DNA of 64,000 nucleotides, from NCBI GenBank assembly GCA_965197925.1, contig CBDAOC010000020.1:416001-480000 (forward strand), given 5' to 3'. The notes under the pieces are model-generated. The model did no database searches. It had not been told where the DNA came from and saw only the letters and a program-made list of their open reading frames with translations. Made by a program: the position numbers and the translations under genes. The stretch is from Nitrososphaerales archaeon. GTDB lineage: Archaea > Thermoproteota > Nitrososphaeria > Nitrososphaerales > UBA213. Positions 53,190 to 63,914 of the stretch are shown piece after piece; within the stretch, counting starts at the first letter, position 1, and the number at the start of each line of letters is the position of its first letter.

Positions 53190-54098
53190 TTTTATAAAAA
53201 TTATTTTAACTTAGTTTTGTTAGTTGCCAAAGAAATGAAGTATGTGAAGGAATTTGTAACTGAAGAAGAAAGATACTTTTCTAAATCCCACGAGAGGAAA
53301 GAGCTGCCTATGGGTGTGGTATTCTATCCTAACGGCTACAAGGAATGGATGCAAGGAAAGGCAAGTGGAGAATGCGCTATTATGAAGCTTCACCATTTAT
53401 GCAAGTAGTATTATTGTGAGTATAGGTGTCATAAAACAAGAGTAACTATTGATGACAAGCTGAAGGATGGAGCTTATAGCTAGTGATAAGCAATGCCAGC
53501 TGGAACTGCATAAGTTGTTATCATACAAACTTCTCTGTCAACCTACAACAAAAGAAAATGAAGAGATGTGTTCTCCCTTATGTACTTGCTTAGGAAATTG
53601 TCTAGCGTTGGGCATGCCCAAAAAAACCAAGATTAGATCCACACTGAAAGTGAATGCGCTATTCTCCTATGAGGCTCTAATTGTGCTTTCCGCACGTGTA
53701 GCTTGTCGCGTAAAGGCCAACAATTGGAAAGGGAGGATGTATTAACCTATTTGGAGTGGAGGATACGGAGAGACTTCGGTGGTCCTCATGATACTAGAGG
53801 AGGCTTTTCAGAATGGAGAGATATTGGTGAATTGTGAAGCTAACTATTAACCGTGAAAAACAAAGCCTACTTTTTATTAGACAATTAATGGTAATCTTTA
53901 ACGTCGGTTATGATATAAGTAAGATAAAAGAGAATAATAATGTCAAGGCAATGAAGATACCAATCTAAAGAAATACAATTAATAGTTATTTTTTATTTTA
54001 CAAAGTCATACTAAATTTTAAATTAGGTCGAACAATTTGAAGTGTTGTCTGCGTGTTATACCAATGAACATCGAAAAATTGTTGTAATACGTAGCAGT

Positions 54099-54170
54099 GG
54101 CCTTCGTAGTATAGCGGCAGTATAGGGGACTGTGGATCCCTTGGCCGGGGTTCGATTCCCCGCGGAGGCC
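54099..54170 (+). tRNA. tRNA-His(GTG) with genome-encoded G-1; CCA not encoded
   Basis: G-GCCTTCG/CGGAGGC-C acceptor, AGGGGA-CTGTGGA-TCCCTT anticodon arm, GTTCGATTC T-loop. Confidence 0.96.
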
Positions 54171-54174
54171 CTCC

Positions 54175-54295
54175 CCCATGGGGTTGGACTCCCTCTAAGA
54201 TCACTTTGCCGTTTGGTAACGCTCCGATAAACTTCCAACCTTGCACGATAAGTTCTTCTGTCTCTTCGTTCGTTGCTACTCTCTGAATTAGGTAT
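54175..54295 (-). pseudogene. Probable C-terminal remnant of an archaeal tyrosine integrase abutting the tRNA-His 3' end
   Basis: QRVATNEETEELIVQGWKFIGALPNGKVILE resembles tails of archaeal site-specific integrases; position next to a tRNA. Confidence 0.5.
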
Positions 54296-54610
54296 TGCCG
54301 ATGCCCAAACAATCCCCATTCCCAAAACTACATAATGGTTACCGGTTGCATAAAATGGAATACCAAAAAATATTGTCTCCTCAAATGGTCCTGCACTTAG
54401 AGCTTCAGCTAACGTGAGCGGGATAAGAGGCGCTTTATACTCTGGAATAATCTGTTGAGCTATAACTGCTCCAATGAGGGCAAGAATGTAACCAAGACCA
54501 TGACAGAAAAGTGCCATTTTTATCAGGTAACGGATAGAAGTTTGACGGTATTTTGATAACCATGACCTAGGGTTTAGATCTGCCTTTTCGTCAGCATATT
54601 TACCTGACAC
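54296..54610 (-). pseudogene. CPBP (CAAX-protease-like) membrane protein, 3'-truncated
   Basis: TM helices and GPFEETIFFG; hydrophobic sequence stops abruptly at IVWASA, before the expected His motifs. Confidence 0.65.
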
Positions 54611-54656
54611 TTGATTTCTAGTTGGGCCGCACGCTTATATCCCTTCATACACCAGT

Positions 54657-54741
54657 GACTCTAGAAACCATAGCTTTTAGCCAATTGTGTATAGAATTGC
54701 ACCATGAGATCATTGTACAACATACCATGCATCATGGATGC
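54657..54741 (+). mobile_element. Short decayed left end of IS family B
   Basis: GACTCTAGAAACCATAGCTTTTAGCC..GAATTGCACCAT matches the end of the 17625-18587 element. Confidence 0.7.
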
Positions 54742-55028
54742 AATATTATCAGATAATATTTTGGAGAATTGTCATTATCTGTTTGGCAAAATCAACTTGG
54801 TATGGGCTCCCTGAAATGTTAGACAGTATTAATGATTAGAAAAGGATAACCGTAGACAGTGTTGCCGTACTTGGTTTCATCAGGACCTGAAAAGTTCCTA
54901 TATCGAATTAAAGAAAGTTGCTGACCATTTTCCTTTCGCTAATATTTAATATATTACCAGGAAAAAAAGATTGGACAAAGACCTTACTTCCTCAGGCCTC
55001 TGCTACTGTTCAGTTTTGGTTTCTTCAG

Positions 55029-56684
55029 TTACCTATTTGTAGTTACTAACTGGTTCTGTAGAAGGTGGTGCATTAGGCCAACCACTGTGTATAGACGGAG
55101 ACATGAAGATATTCTGTTCAATTCCAAAACCTGTATCCCTACTATCGTAAAAGATCGGGCAAGTTGGGTGAGACTTGCGGTCGCATCATAGTCACCAACA
55201 AAAATTCCAGCAAAGTCAGCAGTCACAGTTGAATCCTCGATCGATATCTGTTGATCCCCATCGAAGCTTATTATTGGCCTTATACTATCAGAGTGATCGC
55301 CAAACGTCGTACATACAGCATCAGGACCATTGCGCTCGTCAAACCAAATGACGAATACCGTTCCTTCTTCAGGAGTTCCTCCTCCGTTATCACTTACAGC
55401 TGCTCCTGGCATGAACATTGATGTCAAACTACTTGCAACCTCATCACTCATCTGGAATGGAACAGTCCATGTTCCAGTGTTGCCACTAAAGGACCGTGTA
55501 GCCATTATTTCTGCATCACCATCTCCATTGAAGAAGCTAGACCAGACTATGACCCAGTTTCCTGAAGATGGAGCTCTTGTGGTTACAAGAACAGGATATG
55601 TGGATGCTCTTGGAGTGCTACCACAGGCAGGAAGGAAGGTAGAATAAGCACCTATTCCATCTGTAGGGGTTGCTCTTGACAGAGGTCCAAAGGTACTTAC
55701 AGAAGTGAAGGCAGGCCTAATAGTCTTCCTGAACATGATCGCATCGTTGGCGAAGTCTGTCCATGCTACACCTACATTACCATTTTGCTTAGTATTGATA
55801 CTGCAGCCCTGGTTAGAATCAGACGCACTCAGTTTTGTTGCCGGTCCACTACCATCAAGCCCTCCTAAACCGAGAGGTGAGAAATCCGTTATACGTTTGA
55901 ACATTATATCTAAGCTAGTTGCAGTGAAGTGAGTCCAGCAGACGTATACAGTATCACGGAAAGGACTGCGTGTATTCGTATCTACGGTCATCTATGGTTT
56001 ATCATTAAAGTCAATGATGCTTGTACCTGATGCAACAGTTGTAAACTGAGCCCACGTCGCACCTCCATTTATAGTCTTAAAGACCGCTATTGCACTCGTT
56101 TGAGGTTCAGTTCTGTCAAAGTAGTGACAGCTATAGTAGAAGACTCCTGGTCCTCGACCGGACCTAACCACTGGGTTCCCAGCTGTATCAAATGTTGTAT
56201 CATTAGAACCATTGTTATCCGTATCTACGAATAGTGAGAAAGTACCACGGTTTGTCCAAGTATGACCGTGATCTATACTTGAATAAATCCCACATCTGCT
56301 ATCTCCGGTTCTATAATCATTTGCACTTGCGACCATCTGCTGCTGGTCCATAGCGTTTACTGCAATAGTAGGGTTGTTGTGGGGGGGAATTGTTTCCTAT
56401 TCTATCAACATGAGGTCGAAAGGTAGACCAGAAAGTAGACCTGCCGGAGTAGCTTCTATCGATACCGCAACAGCCTCATTGTTTGGTGGGCTTACCACAA
56501 TACCAGAACCCAACTTTGCAAATAAGGGTGATATATCCTCTGGAGCAGCCATCGCAGCTTTAAGATTCATCATTCTTTCATAGTCACTTAGTTCAGTATC
56601 TTCAGGTGCAAAAACCGTTGGCATCATTCCTAGCGATAACAGCAATATTGGAAGTATAGTTACGGCAATTATTTTCTTATTCAA
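55029..56684 (-). pseudogene. Secreted sialidase-like/BNR (Asp-box) beta-propeller protein, disrupted
   Basis: Signal peptide, S.D.G.TW Asp-boxes, ASANDY, DKP*MTVD (TAG in place of the usual Trp at 55992), frameshifts near 56385 (G-run) and near the 3' end. Confidence 0.8.
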
Positions 56685-57031
56685 AATTATTCAGTCTTGA
56701 GAGGATATACTTTTAGAACTATAAAGGCGATCTTTAATGAATATTATGGGAAAAATTGAAGATTATGCTAGTACCTTGGTTTATCATAACGGAGTCTACT
56801 TGGGAATAGCAATTTTGCAGAGTAGAACCAATTATTTTAAAAAGCGAAATAATTTCATAGAATTAAAAAGGTAACTTGTTATGGAATAAAAAGCTTAGAT
56901 GTTACATTGAATTGTTACAGAATTAAAAATTTATGGTCAGCGTTCGTCAATCCATTTAACATACTAATATTATATTTTTCATGTTAGATGATTTAAATTC
57001 ATAAAATTTCAATAAAATCAATTTCGCCTTA

Positions 57032-58073
57032 GAGCCTATCCTAAAATTAACATCATAGCCTAATTGTTTATACCGAAACAGATCTAGATCTGTCCTCTCT
57101 AGCTAAATTTGTGAGAAAATCAAAGAAAAAGAGCATGCCGACCATATGGCATATACCAGACAATCTATGGGTAGAGTTCAAACTAGTGTTGCCACCAGAG
57201 AAACCAGCAAGAACAGTTGGAAGGCCAGCTGTACCATTTAGAAAAGTGTTGAATGGAATACTGTACGTATTAAGAACTGGATGCCAGTGGAAGAAGGTAT
57301 CTAAAGAATTTGGTTCTGGCTCAACTTGCCATGCAAGATTTCAGGAATGGATTGGGATAGGAGTATTCAAGAAGGTATGGAAGAGGCTGCTGGAAATATA
57401 TGATGAATTGAAGGGTATAGGATGGGACTGGCAATCCATGGATAGCGTACCGAAGGCCCCATTAGGGGGAAAACGGCCGGAGCAAACCCAACGGATAGAG
57501 GCAAGCTAGGTACCAAACGTCACATGCTGGTTGATAGAAGAAGTATTCCTCTCTCATCTGTAATTACTGGAGCAAACAAGCACGATATGAAATCAGCCTT
57601 TCCTACAATAGATAGCATTGTTGTTGATAGGCCCAAAGTTAAACAGAACATATGCATGAATAGGATATGATTTCCCTGAGATAGAGTATGGAGTTAGGAA
57701 GGGGATATGTGGATCACATTCGTCATAAGGGTGAAGTGTTGAAAAAGAATTTGTACAAAGCAAAGAGATGGGTTGTAGAAAGAACCGCATCTTGGCATAA
57801 CAGGTTCAGAAAGTTATTGGTAAGGTTCGAGAAGAGAGAGGAAAATTATCAGGCGCTAGTAGAATTTGCTAACTGCCTAATAGTGTATAGAGCGATATAT
57901 TGGTAGTGTCATAAACACGTTAATGCAACTGTTTCTAGTATCTACTATCTACAATACTAATTATATCAATAGTAAGAAAACTAAACCTGACAGTATGAAC
58001 TAATATTCTTGCATTCTAAATGTTATCATTTCTACCAATCATTAACTATCAGCTAGAATTTTAGGATAGGCTC
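57032..58073 (+). mobile_element. IS5-family element, defective; copy D2
   Basis: Perfect TIR GAGCCTATCCTAAAATT, TTA duplication, near-identical to 35890-36933 in the same orientation. Confidence 0.93.
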
Positions 58074-58189
58074 TTAGTACAATTTAGATCACTAGAATTT
58101 TAATGAGTAGATAGAAATACAACTATGACAGGCGGATTCTTTTTGGATTTTCCAAATGTAAAATCGGTAGAAGGCTCATAATAGGCAAG

Positions 58190-59113
58190 TTAGAGTTGAA
58201 CTGCTGTCTTTAAACCCTTGACTCTATTCCTTATTGTAACCTCCGTGACTTTTGCAGCGTCGGCTACTTCTTTCTGTGTCTTACCCTCATCATTCATAAC
58301 GCATGCCACATACAGTGCAGTTGCAGCAAGACCCATTGGATTCTTGCCTGAAGATATAGTCATTTCATGAGCTTTTTTGAGAATTCCAATCGCCTTTCTT
58401 TTAGTCTTCTCACTCACACCAGCTTCGCTTGCTATCCTTGTGATACATTTCACCGAGTCTACAACAGGCATTTTCAGATCAAGTTCTCTTATCAACAATC
58501 TGTAGCACCTTGCTACATCCTTTTTCTTTATATCACTAGAACCAGCCATATCCTTTAAAGTTCGCGGGGTTTCGGTATCCCTGCATGCGGCGTACAAAGC
58601 TGCAACAATCAGTGCAGAGATCGATCTGCCTCTTACGAGACCCTTTTCAAGAGCCTTCCTGTAGATGTAAGCAGCTTTTTCTATTACGGCATCACCAACA
58701 GCCAACTTGTCCTTCAATCTATCCAGTTCGCTAAACGCTTGTCTGAAGTTTCTGTCAACTGGCTCATGAACTTGGCTTCTGCTATCCCAAGTTCGTAAAC
58801 GATCAATTGAGCTCTTCATCGAAGCCGATAATGGTTTACCCGAAGCATCTCGATCTACTGGGCCTATTATTGTTGCCAAGCCCATATCGTGCATTGCCAA
58901 GGAAGCTGGAATTCCAGCTCTACTTCGATCTTGGCCTTCATCGCTGGAGAATGCTCTCCATTCTGGACCAAGAGTCTCTACTTTATCTTTCAATACATAG
59001 CCACAGTTGCCACAGAACATCTCGCCAGTAGCATTGTCTGTAACCATGGATCCTTTCCCACACCTCGCACACCTATTCCGAAATGAATCATCCTTCATAA
59101 GCCCCATAACCAA
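58190..59113 (-). CDS. tfb: Transcription initiation factor IIB
   Basis: Zn ribbon CxxC..CxxCG, GPEWRAF, RGRSI, VTEVTIRNR. Confidence 0.96.
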   Translation of the reverse strand: MVMGLMKDDSFRNRCARCGKGSMVTDNATGEMFCGNCGYVLKDKVETLGPEWRAFSSDEGQDRSRAGIPASLAMHDMGLATIIGPVDRDASGKPLSASMKSSIDRLRTWDSRSQVHEPVDRNFRQAFSELDRLKDKLAVGDAVIEKAAYIYRKALEKGLVRGRSISALIVAALYAACRDTETPRTLKDMAGSSDIKKKDVARCYRLLIRELDLKMPVVDSVKCITRIASEAGVSEKTKRKAIGILKKAHEMTISSGKNPMGLAATALYVACVMNDEGKTQKEVADAAKVTEVTIRNRVKGLKTAVQL

Positions 59114-59747
59114 AAAATGATAATTACAGATTCACAGTAAATCAGATATATAAATCAATGATTCTTGTTGTATAGTAATCACCCTCTTACGCACGGATTG
59201 TTTAATTGAATGAATTGAGATTTAGGATGGAGAAGGCCCTAGAGAGATACCTAAATACAATACTATGCTATTTGTTCACTCATCTAGATCAAGCCCGATC
59301 GATGGAACAAATTTGACTAGGAAGAAATTAGAAATCACAACATTCTCCATTGTAAATTACAGCAGACAGAATTCCAATCAATTTGATTGATGGTGAAAAT
59401 GTAAGAATGTAAGATTCCTCGTGGGATCGGAGACATAGCATCTAATGTTTGAATAAAGACTAGATCAAGGAACTATATGTGACCAAATTAGTGACCAATC
59501 TTCACACCCACTTACTTCATTTAAGATGGTTAAATCCAATTTTTCAAATTTTTTTAATTGTATCTTCTATAGTTCGTTGACCAATGTCTTATTACTATCA
59601 TTAATATCGAAGTTTTTTTTCATCCAGTTTCTAGTTATATCTAGGATATATCATGTAAATATCAATTCCAATCTATCTATCCCTTTATAGATGATAAAGC
59701 GCCAGTAAATTACCAAATCATTACCTATTTCTTAATCATCAGTTTTT

Positions 59748-60966
59748 CTATTTTTTAATATTTTTTCTTGGATATTGGATCCAGTTGATTTTTCTATGCT
59801 TCTCGATTAAAACCTCTCCTGAGGCTTTTCTCATTATAAATAAATATTTGAATCCACGCAAATAAAAATTAAAACGAATTGCTCTGTTATACCATATTCC
59901 TGTGTTTGAAGTTTGGCCTCTACGCACTACGCATATAATATCGACTGTATCAAAATATTTGCATAAGCTCTGGTATATTTTGAATCCTACAGGTGTAAAC
60001 TTTTTCCTGACCCATTGATCTCCTATTAACCACCCAATAACTTTTCCCGGCTTTAGGATTCGATGACCTTCTTCCATCACTTTCTCCAATTCATAATAGA
60101 AGGTTTCTGTTTCTGATGATATTTTTCCTATATCATCTGGATGCTCGTTATACCTTATGTTATCTCCATATGGAGAATCTATGAATATCATATCGACACT
60201 GTTGTCAGGAAGAGGTATTTTCCTTGCGTCGTTTTGAATTATATCTTTTCTAGTTGGCAATGTCGAAGACAGTGCTTCTCCGACCTTCTTCCCGGCATAC
60301 GTCAATGGTCGTACCACTTCCACCCATAGGATCAACCACCAGGTCACCTGGTTCTGTGTAACGGTTTACCATATTGTAGATTATGAAAGCCGGAGTGACG
60401 CCAGCGTATCTGTTATCGCCTTTTACAGTTCTTCCATAACTTTGCCTTGGATAATCCCATAAAGTAGTACCTATTAGTAATGGCTTCTCCACATTCGTCT
60501 CTGATTTAATATCCATGGATAAGTTTTTTCTAATTCCATTATTTACATTCAAAGATCCCCAATCAAATTCATTTGGATTTTGTAAATACCTCAATAACAA
60601 TTTGGTTCTTTGATAACCCAAATTACCTTTCCAACTGATATCCATTTTAGACAGTATCCTTTTTGCCTTCCCGACGGTCTTTAGTTTACCATCATTTTCT
60701 ACGCCGACCTGGTATGGGTATTTGCCTTCCCAAGCTTCAGGTATGATATTTTTCCTTCCATATGATTTTGCTCGAAAAACACCATAAAATGTATCAGTAT
60801 TCAAATTATACAAAAACAAAATATCGCCTTTTTTAACCTGTAAAACCTTTTGGGCATATACTTTATTCGTCGAGAAAAGCATTCTGTCAAAACATTCTCT
60901 TTCGGTCTTATCTGTACATGTAAATATTTGTGCTCTTTGCATTGAAATCTTTTGCACCCCTCCCAT
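59748..60966 (-). pseudogene. DCD-domain + DNA amino-methyltransferase fusion, one frameshift near 60255
   Basis: N-terminal IFTCT..TE.ECF...LF..LFLYN...YGVF.A..AW..YP.QV (DCD); DPMGGSGTT motif I in one frame and DSPY motif IV in the next. Confidence 0.82.
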
Positions 60967-61170
60967 TCTTACGTTTATAGATGGGTTATCTTATTAGGTT
61001 TAACAAATCGAAATGCATGTTTCTTATCTATAATGAATAAATTTATGTGACGATTGGTGCACCAAAGGGAGTGTGGTAATCTTGTCCTGGCGATAAACCA
61101 TATATCTAAAAAAATATGTGAAGGAATGTAGGACAAAAGTTTATCCAGAACATTATAGATCTTTATTTCC

Positions 61171-61326
61171 TTGCAACTCTACATTGGATGTTCAGGTTGG
61201 AGCTATTCGTCCTGGGAAGGACTATTCTACCCTGAGCATTTAGATAGCTCTGCTTGGTTGCATCATTATTCAAAGGTCTTCGATTATGTTGAGATTAACT
61301 CCTCCCCTTTTCCTATTAGGTTTTGA
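61171..61326 (+). pseudogene. DUF72 family protein, N-terminal fragment
   Basis: LYIGCSGWSYSSWEGLFYP..WLHHYSKVFDYVEINSS then stop after 51 codons; below the ORF-track cutoff. Confidence 0.85.
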
Positions 61327-61444
61327 CTAAGGAATCACGTCAATCAAAAATAATATACGAAGAAGTATGGAGTCTGAGCTAAACATATCAACAATAAAAA
61401 CTAGAACCTGATCTTATCGTTTCGAACTAAATTACGCCCAAGCC

Positions 61445-61852
61445 TCAGTTAACTAGTCTTTCCTTCCAATTTTGTTCAACTGCCAGATCATACAAAATGT
61501 TCAAAGCTTCCTCGCTAAACGACCCCCCAAGTGTTTCTTGATGTGATTTATCTTGGTCTATGGTTAACCCCAAGCATCCATACGTGTCAGCCAAAACTTC
61601 TGTACTCTCGTACATATCGAAGACCAGCTCCTCATTGAACCTCTCTATTCCTTCATGCCTATCTGTGTAGGGCAGATATAGCATCTGTTTTAATGGGCCG
61701 TACTTCGCTAGGATTGTGTATATGGATTCCGCCAGCTCAATTTTGATGTCCTTGAATTCATTTGAAAGAGAAATTCCATCTACAAGTGATTGACCATATT
61801 TTTTGAGAATGAGCCCTTCAAATCCTTGAAGCCTGTGCAAGATCTGAAAAAG
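61445..61852 (-). pseudogene. Hypothetical protein, probably 5'-truncated by the IS6-type element
   Basis: Frame is open up to the IS terminal repeat; no strong start. Confidence 0.45.
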
Positions 61853-61874
61853 GGTTCTGTCGGGTTATCGGGAG

Positions 61875-63025
61875 CTAGATTGAAGCTTCCTTGTAGAGTG
61901 AAGCGTTTTGAATTAGGGTAATCCATTTATTTTTACCATCAACTTCTATCATAGCTTCTTCGGCTGGTGTCTTTCCTTTGAGTGATCCGTGCTTTTTTGT
62001 GAAATTATAATATGTTTCCATTCCGTCAATTATCGGAGTATCTATCCTTTTTAGACCTCTAAAGACTTTCTCTCTATCCCTGATTTCACTATTCAGCCTT
62101 TCCATTTTGTTGTTGTTATCACGATCTCTTTTTCCTGCAATGTGGATGTGCCTAATGTGATTGGTCTTTTTTCCGAAGACTTTCTTGCTTGACTTCATGT
62201 ATGCTGGTAATCCATCAGTAACAAAGTGTGTAAGAGATTTACCAATAGTTTTCTTGGTTAACTCTAACAAAGTATCGGCATTATGTTGAAATATTGTATG
62301 TGCTATATCCGAAGCTAACCAATATCTGGTATCATCATCCATACTTGCAAACAGATACTTTTGTTCACCGTTTACTTTAATCCAAACCTCATCAGCCCTT
62401 ACCATAGTTCTGTCATTGGTTCTTGGTACAATTTCGTTTAGATACTTGTTAACCATTGTGGAATATTTGCAAATCCAGTCATAGATGGAACTGTGATCAA
62501 CATCTATACCCAACATCTCAAAATTACATTCAATGTCTCTTCACTCATTCCTTGATAATACATTTGGATAGCTTGGGTTATGGTTCTTGAATCATGTCTC
62601 ATCTTTTCAAATCCAAAGTTTGCAGTAAATCTTTTTTTGCAGTCCAAACAGGCATAACGCTGAACCTTGCCAGTTTTGGTATTTCTAGTTCCAGATTTTT
62701 TAATTTTTCCTGAATCACAATACTTACACAGTTTTAGTTTTGAGCGTTCCATGATTCTAAATGTATTATTTCTGTAACATTTATTTTGTTTGATAATCTC
62801 TAATACTATCTTGATGTGCTTGCAGTCTGCTTTTCTTGTTTGATTATCTTTACACTCACATTTCAGTCCGTTTTCAGTTTTTGATACAGTGTAATAATTA
62901 TCTGGATTGGTTTGTGATCTAACGGAAAAAGTGTTAGAATCAAGTTGTGAACAATAACCTTTTGTTTCCATCATCTGTTTAGCTCTTTGTGTTCTTGGAT
63001 TCATTGTATCATGTATGTATAACAA
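61875..63025 (-). pseudogene. IS6-type DDE transposase with N-terminal SWIM finger and Zn ribbon, frameshift near 62542
   Basis: CECxD..CKH SWIM; CKYC..QRY.C..C ribbon; ADE, VTDGL.AY, NNKMERLN, YYNF..H..L..KTPAE. Confidence 0.88.
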
Positions 63026-63087
63026 CTATAATATAAGTTGTTATATTCATATAAAACAATAAAAAGAAGTAGTTAGATTTGGTTTGT

Positions 63088-63288
63088 ATGGGTTCAACTG
63101 CCATAAGAAAAGTCAAAGGCAATGATTATCTCTATTACATCCATTATGAAAACGGAATAAAGAAAACCGTTTATTGTGGGCTTGTCTCCAGACCAGAATC
63201 AAAAAGAAAAGCAAAAGAACTGGAGATCAAAGATCTTGAAAAGCAAAAAGAACAGATTATAATGAAATTAAAAAATCTGAAAAGTTGA
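63088..63288 (+). CDS. Small basic protein (beta-hairpin + coiled coil), IS passenger
   Basis: RKVKGNDYLYY..YCG pattern reminiscent of archaeal viral integrase N-terminal (D-335-like) domains. Confidence 0.65.
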   Translation: MGSTAIRKVKGNDYLYYIHYENGIKKTVYCGLVSRPESKRKAKELEIKDLEKQKEQIIMKLKNLKS

Positions 63289-63336
63289 TCGCAAAATTCC
63301 AAGAAAGTTTAATTGTATCTGATAATCAGCATTATC

Positions 63337-63447
63337 ATGATATGTGCCAAGTGTAAGAAATCAATTTCTAGTTATCCATGTCCTCATTGTGGACATGATG
63401 ACACAGTACAGAAAGACGCAGTAGAAGGCGGAGCTAGAGGCCGTTAA
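63337..63447 (+). CDS. 36-aa zinc-ribbon microprotein, IS passenger
   Basis: MICAKCKKSISSYPCPHCGHDDTVQKDAVEGGARGR; two CxxC pairs. Confidence 0.55.
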   Translation: MICAKCKKSISSYPCPHCGHDDTVQKDAVEGGARGR

Positions 63448-63914
63448 ACCTTTTTGAATAATTTGTGCAGGAAAATATAATAATAATCACTGTCCTTTTT
63501 TTGGTATTTTTTGATTATTTCTTGCGCATACTCATTTTGTTTGATTGCACGTATTGTGTCTCGGTGCATTTGAATTATATGTTCTAATTTTAGGATCTTC
63601 TGATCTACAAACAAACCCAAATCCTCAAAATAGTTTAGAAATTTTATGATTTCTTGTCTTTGGTTCCATTCTGTATTGGCCTTAGGTGGTTCTATGCCAT
63701 CTAAAAAATCAGATGTAATACGAAAATCCTCTTGCTCCAGACGGTTTAGTCTGTCTAGTAAAATTTTTGCTGATGTGATGTTGTATTGTATGCGTCTATG
63801 ATATGCTGTAAAACCAATTCCAGCTCCAGCAATAATTATTCCTATAACAACAGCAAATTCTGATAATTCCAACAATGTCATGTTGAATATCGGACTAATT
63901 TGGGTTTCTAACAC
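63444..63914 (-). CDS. DUF4760-like membrane-anchored protein, IS passenger
   Basis: N-terminal TM helix; FLNYFEDLGLFV..IL motif. Confidence 0.65.
   Translation of the reverse strand: MLETQISPIFNMTLLELSEFAVVIGIIIAGAGIGFTAYHRRIQYNITSAKILLDRLNRLEQEDFRITSDFLDGIEPPKANTEWNQRQEIIKFLNYFEDLGLFVDQKILKLEHIIQMHRDTIRAIKQNEYAQEIIKKYQKKDSDYYYIFLHKLFKKV

Noticed and set aside
53998..54170. ORF extensions across tRNA-His
   Set aside because: Antisense read-through of the tRNA; only the parts beyond 54175 look protein-derived.
54860..54895. CTGATGA on the minus strand as a hammerhead ribozyme core
   Set aside because: No GAAA after a stem II and no consistent stems I/III.
19276..55994. In-frame TAG codons in several genes (19276, 34260, 55992) as possible amber recoding
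   Set aside because: The same genes also carry frameshifts, intact genes use TAG as a normal stop, and no pyl genes or suppressor tRNA are in the window.
1528..60329. Many short ORFs antisense to or nested within the called genes
   Set aside because: Shadow frames of well-supported genes with no independent motifs.
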